This document shows, piece by piece, positions 1-5,745 of a stretch of 7,292 nucleotides of DNA. Made by a program: the position numbers and the translations under genes. The notes beneath the pieces were generated by a model, which worked only from the letters and a program-made list of their open reading frames with translations, had not been told where the DNA came from and made no database searches. The stretch is from positions 298 to 7,589 of the IMG/VR virus record IMGVR_UViG_3300029650_000039. One strand, given 5' to 3'. How positions within the stretch are numbered: the first letter of the stretch is position 1; every line of letters begins with the position of its first letter. The DNA is from a virus.

Positions 1-1658
1 AACATAGCATTAAATCTGTTTCGTAAAATATATATGTATCCGTCTTTAATAATTCCCCAACACTCATTGCCATTTGATGTGAAATTATCGTGATTTGAAA
101 TGATTTCTTCACGCAGGTAATCATATGCACGTCTATTAACGTTCAGCATATCCTTGGTCTGCAAATACGGTTTAATATCATCTATACTGATTCGTACACC
201 GTCATTAAATATCCAACGTTCAGACAGCTCATCAGCCGTTAATAATGCCGCCGCTGACGCAATTTGTTTGTCCGTTGCCTCTGTGTTATCTTCCAACAGT
301 TTAATGTATTTTTCGTGCAATGCTCGTGCCTCGGCGATATTTCCGGTTAAATTATCAATAAATTCTTTACCGGCATGACCGTAATTCGCTTGTATCGTTC
401 TGCAAAATTCTCTCGGATTTTTGAAAAACTTACCGCCGTTACATTCGATTTCAATAACACGGTTGACTGCACCGCCACCCGATGACATTGATGTTATCGG
501 GCGTTCGCCTGTGGTTATAATACAATTTCGCCACGTCTTAATATTTTGTATACCACCGTCTTTTTTACCGCGTAAACGTCCTGTACCCTCGCACAGACGA
601 TATATTATATCATCAAAATCCGAACGTTTATTCAGTATCTGCAATTCGTCCATACATAACGGCAGTGAATTTAAACACGCCGCATATAATTCATTACCTA
701 CATCAGTAGAATTGAATGTATAGGCATATTTACCGATAACCGGCTCAGCCCATACAGACACTGCCGCAAGTAGCGCAACCGATTTACCCGTTTCTGTATC
801 GCCCCATAGGTGAACGAAGAACGGCAATGCTCCAAGCGGTTTTAACAGTACACTCGCAAAACTCGCCGCCATAACCATGCGAACAACTATATTACCGTTT
901 TTGCGGTAATCTCTGATTGTTTTAAGCCATTTTTCATAACTGCCGACCTCTCTTACCGAATTAAATAACTGTCTGAAACTGTCCTGTCCCTCAAACTCCA
1001 AATCTGATATATACGGTGCAAATTCTTTAAATCCTCTGCCTACCCAACCCATATGATCGCACGATTTCTTTTCGATTATTTTGTCGTAATTTATACTTTC
1101 AAAATCACTTAAAAACTGTACAAGTGCCTTTGCATTTTCTGATGTTACACCGACACCGTATTCAGCTAATTTTACGATTTTGTTCGCACTTGCAAGGTCA
1201 GAACGTGGGACGATTTTAGTTTTGTAATTTCGTCCCGGTCTGCCGTAAACAAGTTGCACACTTTCAACATCAGTATCTACATTTGAATATCTTGTTATCA
1301 TAAATATCGGGTGTGGACACGCCGTCACTTTTTCGTTGAACTGTCCTTTAAACCTATACACTCCGTCATCAGTTGCTATCCATTCGCCTGTGTCCCACAT
1401 TATTGCAGTGCCACTGAACTCCATTACGTTGCCGTAAACAATGTTTTGACCCTTTTGCGCTCTGACGTAGTTTTTGAATTGCGTCCGAAAGTTTGATACA
1501 TCAAGTTCTTTCGCTTTATCCGCCATTTGCGCCACAAGCTGACCTTTGATGAACTCGTTGCCGTCAGCTTGGTCTATTATCCATTGAAACGGTTTTGATG
1601 ATATTAAAAAATCGTCCTTACTGAAATCGGGTATCGTTATTCTGTTTTCATTCTCCAT
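1..1658 (-). CDS. DUF927-type P-loop replicative helicase / replication initiator (Cch / SaPI-Rep-like); N-terminal 552 codons, C-terminus off window
   Basis: The minus frame is open from ATG 1658..1656 to the window edge (last full codon 5..3). It is absent from the ORF track because no stop lies in the window. SD AAGGA (1672..1668) sits 9 nt upstream of the ATG. I verified by hand translation that 839..780 encodes PLGALPFFVHLWGDTETGKS, so Walker A GDTETGKS is at 803..780. A Walker-B-like LPLCMDEL and an IITTGERP motif lie downstream. The family name is from motif recall, not a search. Confidence 0.8.
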   Translation of the reverse strand, partial: MENENRITIPDFSKDDFLISSKPFQWIIDQADGNEFIKGQLVAQMADKAKELDVSNFRTQFKNYVRAQKGQNIVYGNVMEFSGTAIMWDTGEWIATDDGVYRFKGQFNEKVTACPHPIFMITRYSNVDTDVESVQLVYGRPGRNYKTKIVPRSDLASANKIVKLAEYGVGVTSENAKALVQFLSDFESINYDKIIEKKSCDHMGWVGRGFKEFAPYISDLEFEGQDSFRQLFNSVREVGSYEKWLKTIRDYRKNGNIVVRMVMAASFASVLLKPLGALPFFVHLWGDTETGKSVALLAAVSVWAEPVIGKYAYTFNSTDVGNELYAACLNSLPLCMDELQILNKRSDFDDIIYRLCEGTGRLRGKKDGGIQNIKTWRNCIITTGERPITSMSSGGGAVNRVIEIECNGGKFFKNPREFCRTIQANYGHAGKEFIDNLTGNIAEARALHEKYIKLLEDNTEATDKQIASAAALLTADELSERWIFNDGVRISIDDIKPYLQTKDMLNVNRRAYDYLREEIISNHDNFTSNGNECWGIIKDGYIYILRNRFNAM

Positions 1659-1680
1659 AGCACCCATTCCTTAACCTATA

Positions 1681-2244
1681 TTAAAACGGCAAATCTTCTT
1701 CCGATTCGTTCTCATCATCAAATCCGCTTGTATCAAATCCCGATGCACTTCCGTCAAGCAGTTTATCCTGTGGAATTTCGGACATTTCCAATCCTTTGAT
1801 ACTTCTTACCGCTCTTGCCTTAGTCGCCCATTTTTTTTGATCGTTCATCATGTATTGTTCACGTCCGAACAATACACCGATTTTCTTACCCTTAAGCGTT
1901 TTTTCGTCCCAATTCCATGTATATCCCACATTGCTTTCTTCAATACAGGTAATCATACCTTTGAAAAACGGTAACTGCTTACCCTCAAAACCTTGTCTAA
2001 ACAGTCCGCCGTTGTTCCACTTTGCGTCCGTTCCGTTTCTTTCAATGTTCGCCGCATATAGATTACCGTAATGGTCTTTATATTCGCCCTCTGCAATATC
2101 CAGTTGCAATACCAATTGTTCCTTACCGGTGCTTGCTTTAACAACTTTCGCGCCTTTAATTTCACAGATATATTTACCTGCCGGCAATGTTCTGCTCTCT
2201 CCTGTGTATGCTTGTGCTTCATCATATCCCTGTATCTTCTTCAT
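1681..2244 (-). CDS. DUF669-like phage ssDNA-binding protein (cognate SSB of the Sak4-like ATPase)
   Basis: 187-aa ORF with ATG at 2244. Strong SD AAGGAGGAAA (2260..2251) with a 6-nt spacer. The N-terminal LPAGKY-type motif is as I recall for DUF669. The C-terminus DDENESEEDLPF mimics the acidic DDD(I/L)PF tip of bacterial SSB. It lies directly after the Sak4-like gene, which is the usual synteny. Confidence 0.75.
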   Translation of the reverse strand: MKKIQGYDEAQAYTGESRTLPAGKYICEIKGAKVVKASTGKEQLVLQLDIAEGEYKDHYGNLYAANIERNGTDAKWNNGGLFRQGFEGKQLPFFKGMITCIEESNVGYTWNWDEKTLKGKKIGVLFGREQYMMNDQKKWATKARAVRSIKGLEMSEIPQDKLLDGSASGFDTSGFDDENESEEDLPF

Positions 2245-2866
2245 TAATTGTTTCCTCCTTATTCATTCCATAGTATTCTCTTATTCTTTCGTCAACTGCT
2301 TTCAAATCGTTATCAATCTCTAAATCAAACATATCCATAGGCGACTTGCACGTTGTATGTCCGTCTGATTGCGTTATGAAACTATGACTTTGACCGTCAG
2401 CTTGACATAGTAAAACGATTGAAAACAGTCCCTCAACTGTCAACTGATTGTCCAACATTTTACCGATTGTTTTAGCCTTGATTTTACCGTTTTCGGTCTG
2501 CTCGCAATGGTGCAGAAAATACACGATTGTATCATCAGGCAATCCCTCGATGATGAATGTAATCATCTTTTGAAAACGTACCGCCATATCGGTAAACTTC
2601 GCATAGCCTGTTTCTTTTGCACGATTGAACGAATCGAACGCCAACAGATATTGACTGTCGTCTATAACGTATCGCTTATACTGCTTTTTACTTAATTCTT
2701 TGGCAATAACATTGTATGTAGCCTTTTTGATTGAATTTAACTTTTTGCGGAACGGAAGTGGTTTACTTGCCACATTAAATATTACCAAATCATCTGCGTC
2801 AAAATTTCTCATACTTGCGCTTTTTCCGCTACCGCTTTCACCCATAATTAAAACAGGTATTCCCAT
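2222..2866 (-). CDS. Sak4-like AAA_24 / RecA-fold ATPase (single-strand annealing accessory)
   Basis: The track start at 2875 is a GTG lying inside the SD. ATG 2866..2864 is preceded by AAGGAG (2880..2875) with an 8-nt spacer, giving MGIPVLIMGESGSGKS... with Walker A GESGSGKS and a Walker-B-like RYVIDD. The TGA stop at 2224..2222 overlaps the next gene by 23 nt. Confidence 0.8.
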   Translation of the reverse strand: MGIPVLIMGESGSGKSASMRNFDADDLVIFNVASKPLPFRKKLNSIKKATYNVIAKELSKKQYKRYVIDDSQYLLAFDSFNRAKETGYAKFTDMAVRFQKMITFIIEGLPDDTIVYFLHHCEQTENGKIKAKTIGKMLDNQLTVEGLFSIVLLCQADGQSHSFITQSDGHTTCKSPMDMFDLEIDNDLKAVDERIREYYGMNKEETINEEDTGI

Positions 2867-2878
2867 ATGTATCACTCC

Positions 2879-3355
2879 TTATTTTATGCTCATATTATTT
2901 CTTTCGACTAACTCTGCATGCGGAATATCAAAACCGCCCTGCAACATTCCCTTGATGACCGTTTTGTTTGGCTCCGGTCTTTTGAACGTCAACAGGTCGT
3001 TATTGTTCTTCATTGCATAATCAATAAATTCGTCATCAACTTCCACTGCTGTTGATTTTCTGTAACTTATCGCCACTTTTGAAGTAGCGAATTTATTACC
3101 TTGCAATGTTCGATTTACGAAATTCTTCAAACTTTCCGCTCTATGCTCCAACGTCTTGCGACGTTCCGCAAGCGATTTTTCTTCTTCACGGATAGCCTTA
3201 CTCTCAGCTACAAGATTTTTATACCATAGTGCTACGTTTTCAATTTTTTCTTCCTTTTGCATTTGCAGTTCTTCAAACGCTTCGTAATCCTTTATTTCGC
3301 CTGTTTCTTCATCTATCAGTGACAACATTTCGTTGTCTATTTCATATACGTTCAT
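2879..3355 (-). CDS. Siphovirus Gp157-family protein (Sipho_Gp157)
   Basis: 158-aa ORF with ATG at 3355 and an AAAGGAAAAA SD. It has an acidic N-terminus and a coiled-coil core, ...EEKSLAERRKTLEHRAESLKNF.... The C-terminal ...KRPEPNKTVIKGMLQGG... pattern matches my recollection of PF05565. Its TAA stop (2881..2879) overlaps the SD of the next gene. Confidence 0.75.
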   Translation of the reverse strand: MNVYEIDNEMLSLIDEETGEIKDYEAFEELQMQKEEKIENVALWYKNLVAESKAIREEEKSLAERRKTLEHRAESLKNFVNRTLQGNKFATSKVAISYRKSTAVEVDDEFIDYAMKNNNDLLTFKRPEPNKTVIKGMLQGGFDIPHAELVERNNMSIK

Positions 3356-3384
3356 TTGACTTTTTCCTTTCTGTATGTTAAAAT
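3356..3384 (+). promoter_or_regulatory. Sigma-A-type promoter with extended -10, antisense to the operon
   Basis: TTGACT (3356-3361), a 17-nt spacer, then TGt-TAAAAT (3376-3384). A second TTGTGT-TTTAAT motif lies at 3389-3400. The promoter sits over the gp157 SD and start codon on the opposite strand. Confidence 0.6.
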
Positions 3385-3390
3385 ATCATT

Positions 3391-3450
3391 GTGTTTTAAT
3401 ATATGCCGTTAAACGGTATTACGGGGGAATTTAATTCCCCCGCTTTTTTA
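3391..3450 (+). ncRNA. Candidate ~60-nt antisense sRNA (as-1)
   Basis: Predicted TSS is about 3391. There is a small hairpin ATGCCG-TTAAA-CGGTAT, followed by a strong intrinsic terminator. The RNA would be complementary to the intercistronic mRNA between the 233-aa gene and gp157. Confidence 0.45.
3423..3449 (+). terminator. Intrinsic terminator, plus-strand specific
   Basis: The 19-nt near-palindrome GGGGGAATTTAATTCCCCC (3423-3441) can form an 8-bp stem with a 3-nt loop. It is followed by GC and then T6 (3444-3449). On the minus strand the hairpin is followed by GTAATACC with no U-tract, so it should not terminate the operon efficiently. Confidence 0.75.
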
Positions 3451-4152
3451 TTATTCAATTATATGTACGTTTTGTACGTCTGCAAGTAATTCTCTTAGCT
3501 TGTCCGCAACATTTTTTACTGCCTCACATTTCCAAGCTCCGCCGTCCGCCTCGAACAGTGCTGCTCTGCCGTCTTTAAGTCTGATTAAGAAATCACTTTC
3601 CGGTTGTTCAACCTCTAAAAATGTTCTGTATGGTTTCAACGTAACAATCGGCTTAATTCTCTGTTCACCTACCAACTGAATACCACTCTTGACGGTTGCC
3701 GATTGCGTTATACCGTCATCTTTCGTCTGAACCGATTGTTGGTCTGTTATGTTACCAAGCAATTGTACAAGATAATCTCTGTCCTCTGTCGGTGCAAAAC
3801 GTGATTTTAGACAGATAATCATATCTTCGATACTTATATAATCGTTGAAATCGAAACTGATGAATTTTGCATATGTAACATATGGTCTTTCACGTTGCAT
3901 ATCACATCTGACCGTACCCAATACATCAACCTGCTCCGGTGATACCACTCTCACGAATAATGGATTGTCATAATTGTTCATTTCTTGTTTCATCATAGTG
4001 ACTAAACCGCTTAGACTTGATAACTTAGTTGTATCAACCAATCTGTCCTCAATTCTGCGCAGTTGAAAGTCCGAAAACATGCCATAGTCGGTCTTAATCA
4101 CCTTTGGTCCTGTCATTTCTTCAATTTTTTCAATAAAACTTCTATCAATCAT
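3451..4152 (-). CDS. Phage protein of unknown function (possibly DUF2303/YfdQ-like; unverified)
   Basis: 233-aa ORF with ATG at 4152. Strong SD AAGGAGGA has a 7-nt spacer and lies 18 nt after the upstream stop. Composition is protein-like. The ...LKPYRTFLEVEQPESDFLIRL...FEADGGAW... segment reminds me of DUF2303, but I cannot verify that. Confidence 0.85.
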   Translation of the reverse strand: MIDRSFIEKIEEMTGPKVIKTDYGMFSDFQLRRIEDRLVDTTKLSSLSGLVTMMKQEMNNYDNPLFVRVVSPEQVDVLGTVRCDMQRERPYVTYAKFISFDFNDYISIEDMIICLKSRFAPTEDRDYLVQLLGNITDQQSVQTKDDGITQSATVKSGIQLVGEQRIKPIVTLKPYRTFLEVEQPESDFLIRLKDGRAALFEADGGAWKCEAVKNVADKLRELLADVQNVHIIE

Positions 4153-4170
4153 TTCTTTATCCTCCTTAAA

Positions 4171-4527
4171 TTACATTGCTTTCTTAATTGCTATAATCTT
4201 TGGCTCGTCTTGCTCCGAGCCGTCTAATGCCATTTGTCCCGGTACTTGTGGCAACATTTCGACTAATGCTTTGCCCTCATCCGATTCCGTCAAATACAAC
4301 GCACTTTCAATGTTGTTCGTTGGTGTCAATGTTGACTTAACCTGTGTTGACATTTTGATGTTCTGTCTTTCGCTGTCCGGCTTTAGTGACAACGTCAATG
4401 TTATCTTTCTTACTGCGTCCGCTTTGGTGTTTAGGTCGGCGATATTATCAACGACCTTGCTTAGCTCATAGTCCAATCTTTCACCGATTGCGCCACGAGC
4501 GACCTCTAATAAATTTGCATTACCCAC
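4171..4527 (-). CDS. Hypothetical phage protein (118 aa), GTG start
   Basis: An in-frame TAA at 4533..4531 caps the ORF, and the only start near its 5' end is GTG 4527. The SD is only purine-rich and weak (AAGAAAGAAA), unlike the GGAGG-type SDs of its neighbours. A TTG codon 17 codons downstream is an alternative start. Function is unknown. Confidence 0.7.
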   Translation of the reverse strand: MGNANLLEVARGAIGERLDYELSKVVDNIADLNTKADAVRKITLTLSLKPDSERQNIKMSTQVKSTLTPTNNIESALYLTESDEGKALVEMLPQVPGQMALDGSEQDEPKIIAIKKAM

Positions 4528-4544
4528 TTTTTATCATTTCTTTC

Positions 4545-4572
4545 TTGATTTTTTATTTTTTTGTGGTATAAT
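4545..4572 (+). promoter_or_regulatory. Sigma-A-type promoter with extended -10, antisense to the operon
   Basis: TTGATT (4545-4550), a 16-nt spacer, then TGg-TATAAT (4564-4572). It lies over the 5'UTR of the 118-aa gene on the opposite strand. Confidence 0.6.
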
Positions 4573-4581
4573 ATATGTAAA

Positions 4582-4599
4582 ACATAGATTAATCTATGT
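4582..4599. repeat. 18-bp perfect palindrome ACATAGATTAATCTATGT
   Basis: Read directly from the sequence. It lies at about +3 to +20 of the 4545-4572 promoter. Confidence 0.9.
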
Positions 4600-4609
4600 A
4601 ATTACCTTT

Positions 4610-4647
4610 GACCGTTTCGAGTTGCACCTCATACGGTCTCTTTTTTT
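4610..4647 (+). terminator. Intrinsic terminator, plus-strand specific
   Basis: GACCGT (4610-4615) pairs with ACGGTC (4633-4638). An inner GAG/CTC pairing closes a hexaloop. TC and then T7 (4641-4647) follow. On the minus strand there is no U-tract after the hairpin. Confidence 0.65.
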
Positions 4648-4889
4648 ATGCTGATTTTGCAATGGCAGCCTGCTCCAAGATTATCATTGCTTTTGTACAT
4701 TTCTGTTTGCTTAAAGGTTTCTTCTGCGTATATCGAACAGAATTTTAATAGTGTATCGCCAGTTTCCTTGTATTGATACATTGCTCTGAAAATCTTGCAC
4801 GCTTGCTCTATTGTTTCCGCCTCGATGATTATCCAGCCACCCTTAAATGGCTGTCCCTCACTGCCGAATGTAATGTAATAGTTATTCAT
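4629..4889 (-). CDS. Small hypothetical phage protein (86 aa)
   Basis: ATG at 4889 with SD GGGAGGTGA about 7-8 nt upstream. The N-terminus YITFGSEGQPFKGGW... resembles a common small phage protein family of unknown function (recall only). Confidence 0.8.
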   Translation of the reverse strand: MNNYYITFGSEGQPFKGGWIIIEAETIEQACKIFRAMYQYKETGDTLLKFCSIYAEETFKQTEMYKSNDNLGAGCHCKISIKKETV

Positions 4890-4895
4890 TCTCTT

Positions 4896-4991
4896 TCACC
4901 TCCCAATCATATTCATCATTATAAATTCTGTCATAATCAGTATCGCACTAAATGCAACAACCGATATAGCATACTTAATTTTTTCAGACAT
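4896..4991 (-). CDS. 31-aa hydrophobic membrane peptide (not in ORF track)
   Basis: Hand translation gives MSEKIKYAISVVAFSAILIMTEFIMMNMIGR*. SD GAGG lies 6 nt upstream. The start overlaps the upstream stop (ATGTCTGA, stop at 4986..4984). Its own TGA lies inside the SD GGGAGGTGA of the next gene. It exactly fills an otherwise empty gap. Confidence 0.6.
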   Translation of the reverse strand: MSEKIKYAISVVAFSAILIMTEFIMMNMIGR

Positions 4992-5187
4992 TGCACACCT
5001 CGTTTCTTTTTACGATGTCCAAAACTTGCTTAACCTGTCTGTCGAACTGCTCCGGTGTTAATTCACCATCCGCCTTACGATATTTTTTATTACATACAAT
5101 ATCTCTTGCCACTTCTGCTAAAATTCTTATACCATCTATGTTCATAACTGACATATTTCGGCGAATTTCTCTTATTAACTTAAACAT
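4984..5187 (-). CDS. Small hypothetical protein (67 aa from ATG 5187; 71 aa if GTG 5199)
   Basis: The track ORF is 4984..5199, starting at a GTG. ATG 5187..5185 overlaps the stop of the 36-aa ORF (ATGTTTAA), suggesting termination-reinitiation. Neither start has a strong SD. Confidence 0.7.
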   Translation of the reverse strand: MFKLIREIRRNMSVMNIDGIRILAEVARDIVCNKKYRKADGELTPEQFDRQVKQVLDIVKRNEVCNV

Positions 5188-5290
5188 CTTTTTTACCACG
5201 CTTTCGTTTCTTCTCGTCCTCTTTCATCAGCTTTAAACTGATGATTAATCCCACACCGAAACTAATCAGCGCAATTCCTATTGTGTTCAT
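5180..5290 (-). CDS. 36-aa membrane peptide with a basic tail (not in ORF track)
   Basis: Hand translation gives MNTIGIALISFGVGLIISLKLMKEDEKKRKRGKKDV*. SD GAGGA (5301..5297) has a 6-nt spacer. The peptide has one transmembrane-like helix followed by a highly charged C-terminus. Confidence 0.6.
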   Translation of the reverse strand: MNTIGIALISFGVGLIISLKLMKEDEKKRKRGKKDV

Positions 5291-5312
5291 TTGTTTTCCT
5301 CATTTCTCTTAC

Positions 5313-5420
5313 CTCACAGGCACACAGGAGCCGTCCGCACCTACAGATTTCATTAAAATTTTTTAGGTTTGGTCTACTATTTTACGGATAATATGCGAGC
5401 GGCTCGTATCTGCCTGTGAG
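5313..5420. repeat. Long imperfect inverted repeat (GC-rich arms, AT-rich core)
   Basis: CTCACAGGCA (5313-5322) pairs perfectly with TGCCTGTGAG (5411-5420). After a 5x5 internal loop, GAGCCGTCCGCA (5328-5339) pairs with TGCGAGCGGCTC (5394-5405) with one wobble and one mismatch. The core 5340-5393 is AT-rich (ATTTCATTAAAATTTTTTAGGTTT...). Confidence 0.85.
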
Positions 5421-5429
5421 ATTTAATTG

Positions 5430-5711
5430 TTATGCCGATAAACCTAATTTTTTAAGTTTATCTCTGCGTTTTTCAAGTTCTGCAACATCAATGCCCCACA
5501 CTTCATATGCAACTTCGGTATTGATTGTGTGCAACTGCGATGTTTTGACATCTTGCTTTATCTGTTCTTCCTGTACGGCTTTCTTGTACTTTGTCAGTGC
5601 CGCAGAACCCAAACCACCGAACAGCTCCTTGATTTCCTTGTTGCCGATTTCGGGGTATCGGTAATATATGTACAATGCCGTATCAATGTCAACTATTCTC
5701 TTTACTTTCAT
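5430..5711 (-). CDS. Putative HTH DNA-binding early regulator (93 aa), first gene of the minus operon
   Basis: ATG at 5711 with SD AGGTGA (5723..5718) and a 6-nt spacer. The segment IGNKEIKELFGGLGSAALTKYKK reads as helix-turn-helix. The gene lies immediately downstream of the divergent promoter region. The functional call is inference. Confidence 0.8.
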   Translation of the reverse strand: MKVKRIVDIDTALYIYYRYPEIGNKEIKELFGGLGSAALTKYKKAVQEEQIKQDVKTSQLHTINTEVAYEVWGIDVAELEKRRDKLKKLGLSA

Positions 5712-5745
5712 TGTATTTCACCTACTTTCTTCTATTACCTATGTG

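Larger units (their letters stand above)
4579..4648 (+). ncRNA. Candidate ~70-nt antisense sRNA (as-2)
   Basis: Predicted TSS is about 4579. A palindrome hairpin at 4582-4599 is followed by a terminator at 4610-4647. The RNA would be complementary to the intercistronic mRNA and to the last ~20 nt, including the stop codon, of the 86-aa gene. Confidence 0.45.

Noticed and set aside
154-1496. Plus-strand track ORFs 154..378, 421..723 and 1311..1496
   Set aside because: They lie antisense to a continuous 552-codon minus-strand ORF that carries Walker A and B motifs. They have low-complexity, Ser/Leu/Ile-rich translations and no SD, so they are shadow ORFs.
1850-2323. Track ORFs 1850..2071 (+), 1953..2225 (-) and 2129..2323 (+)
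   Set aside because: They are alternative-frame or antisense ORFs inside the DUF669-like gene and the end of the Sak4-like gene. None has an SD, and the main-frame genes have strong signals and family-like motifs.
2867-2875. GTG 2875 as the start of the Sak4-like gene (MIHM...)
   Set aside because: That GTG is the last part of the AAGGAG SD itself. ATG 2866 has ideal 8-nt spacing.
2507-3020. Track ORFs 2507..2695 (+) and 2700..3020 (+)
   Set aside because: They are antisense shadows of the Sak4-like and Gp157 genes.
5313-5420. Retron msr/msd or group II intron domain for the long hairpin, and likewise for 6768-6910
   Set aside because: There is no reverse-transcriptase ORF in or next to the window on either strand. 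There is no intron domain V consensus and no flanking exon logic.
5291-5429. Small ORFs in the 5291-5429 gap (for example MKSVGADGSCVPVR on the minus strand)
   Set aside because: They are 13-14 codons long, lack an SD, and lie inside the arms of the inverted repeat.
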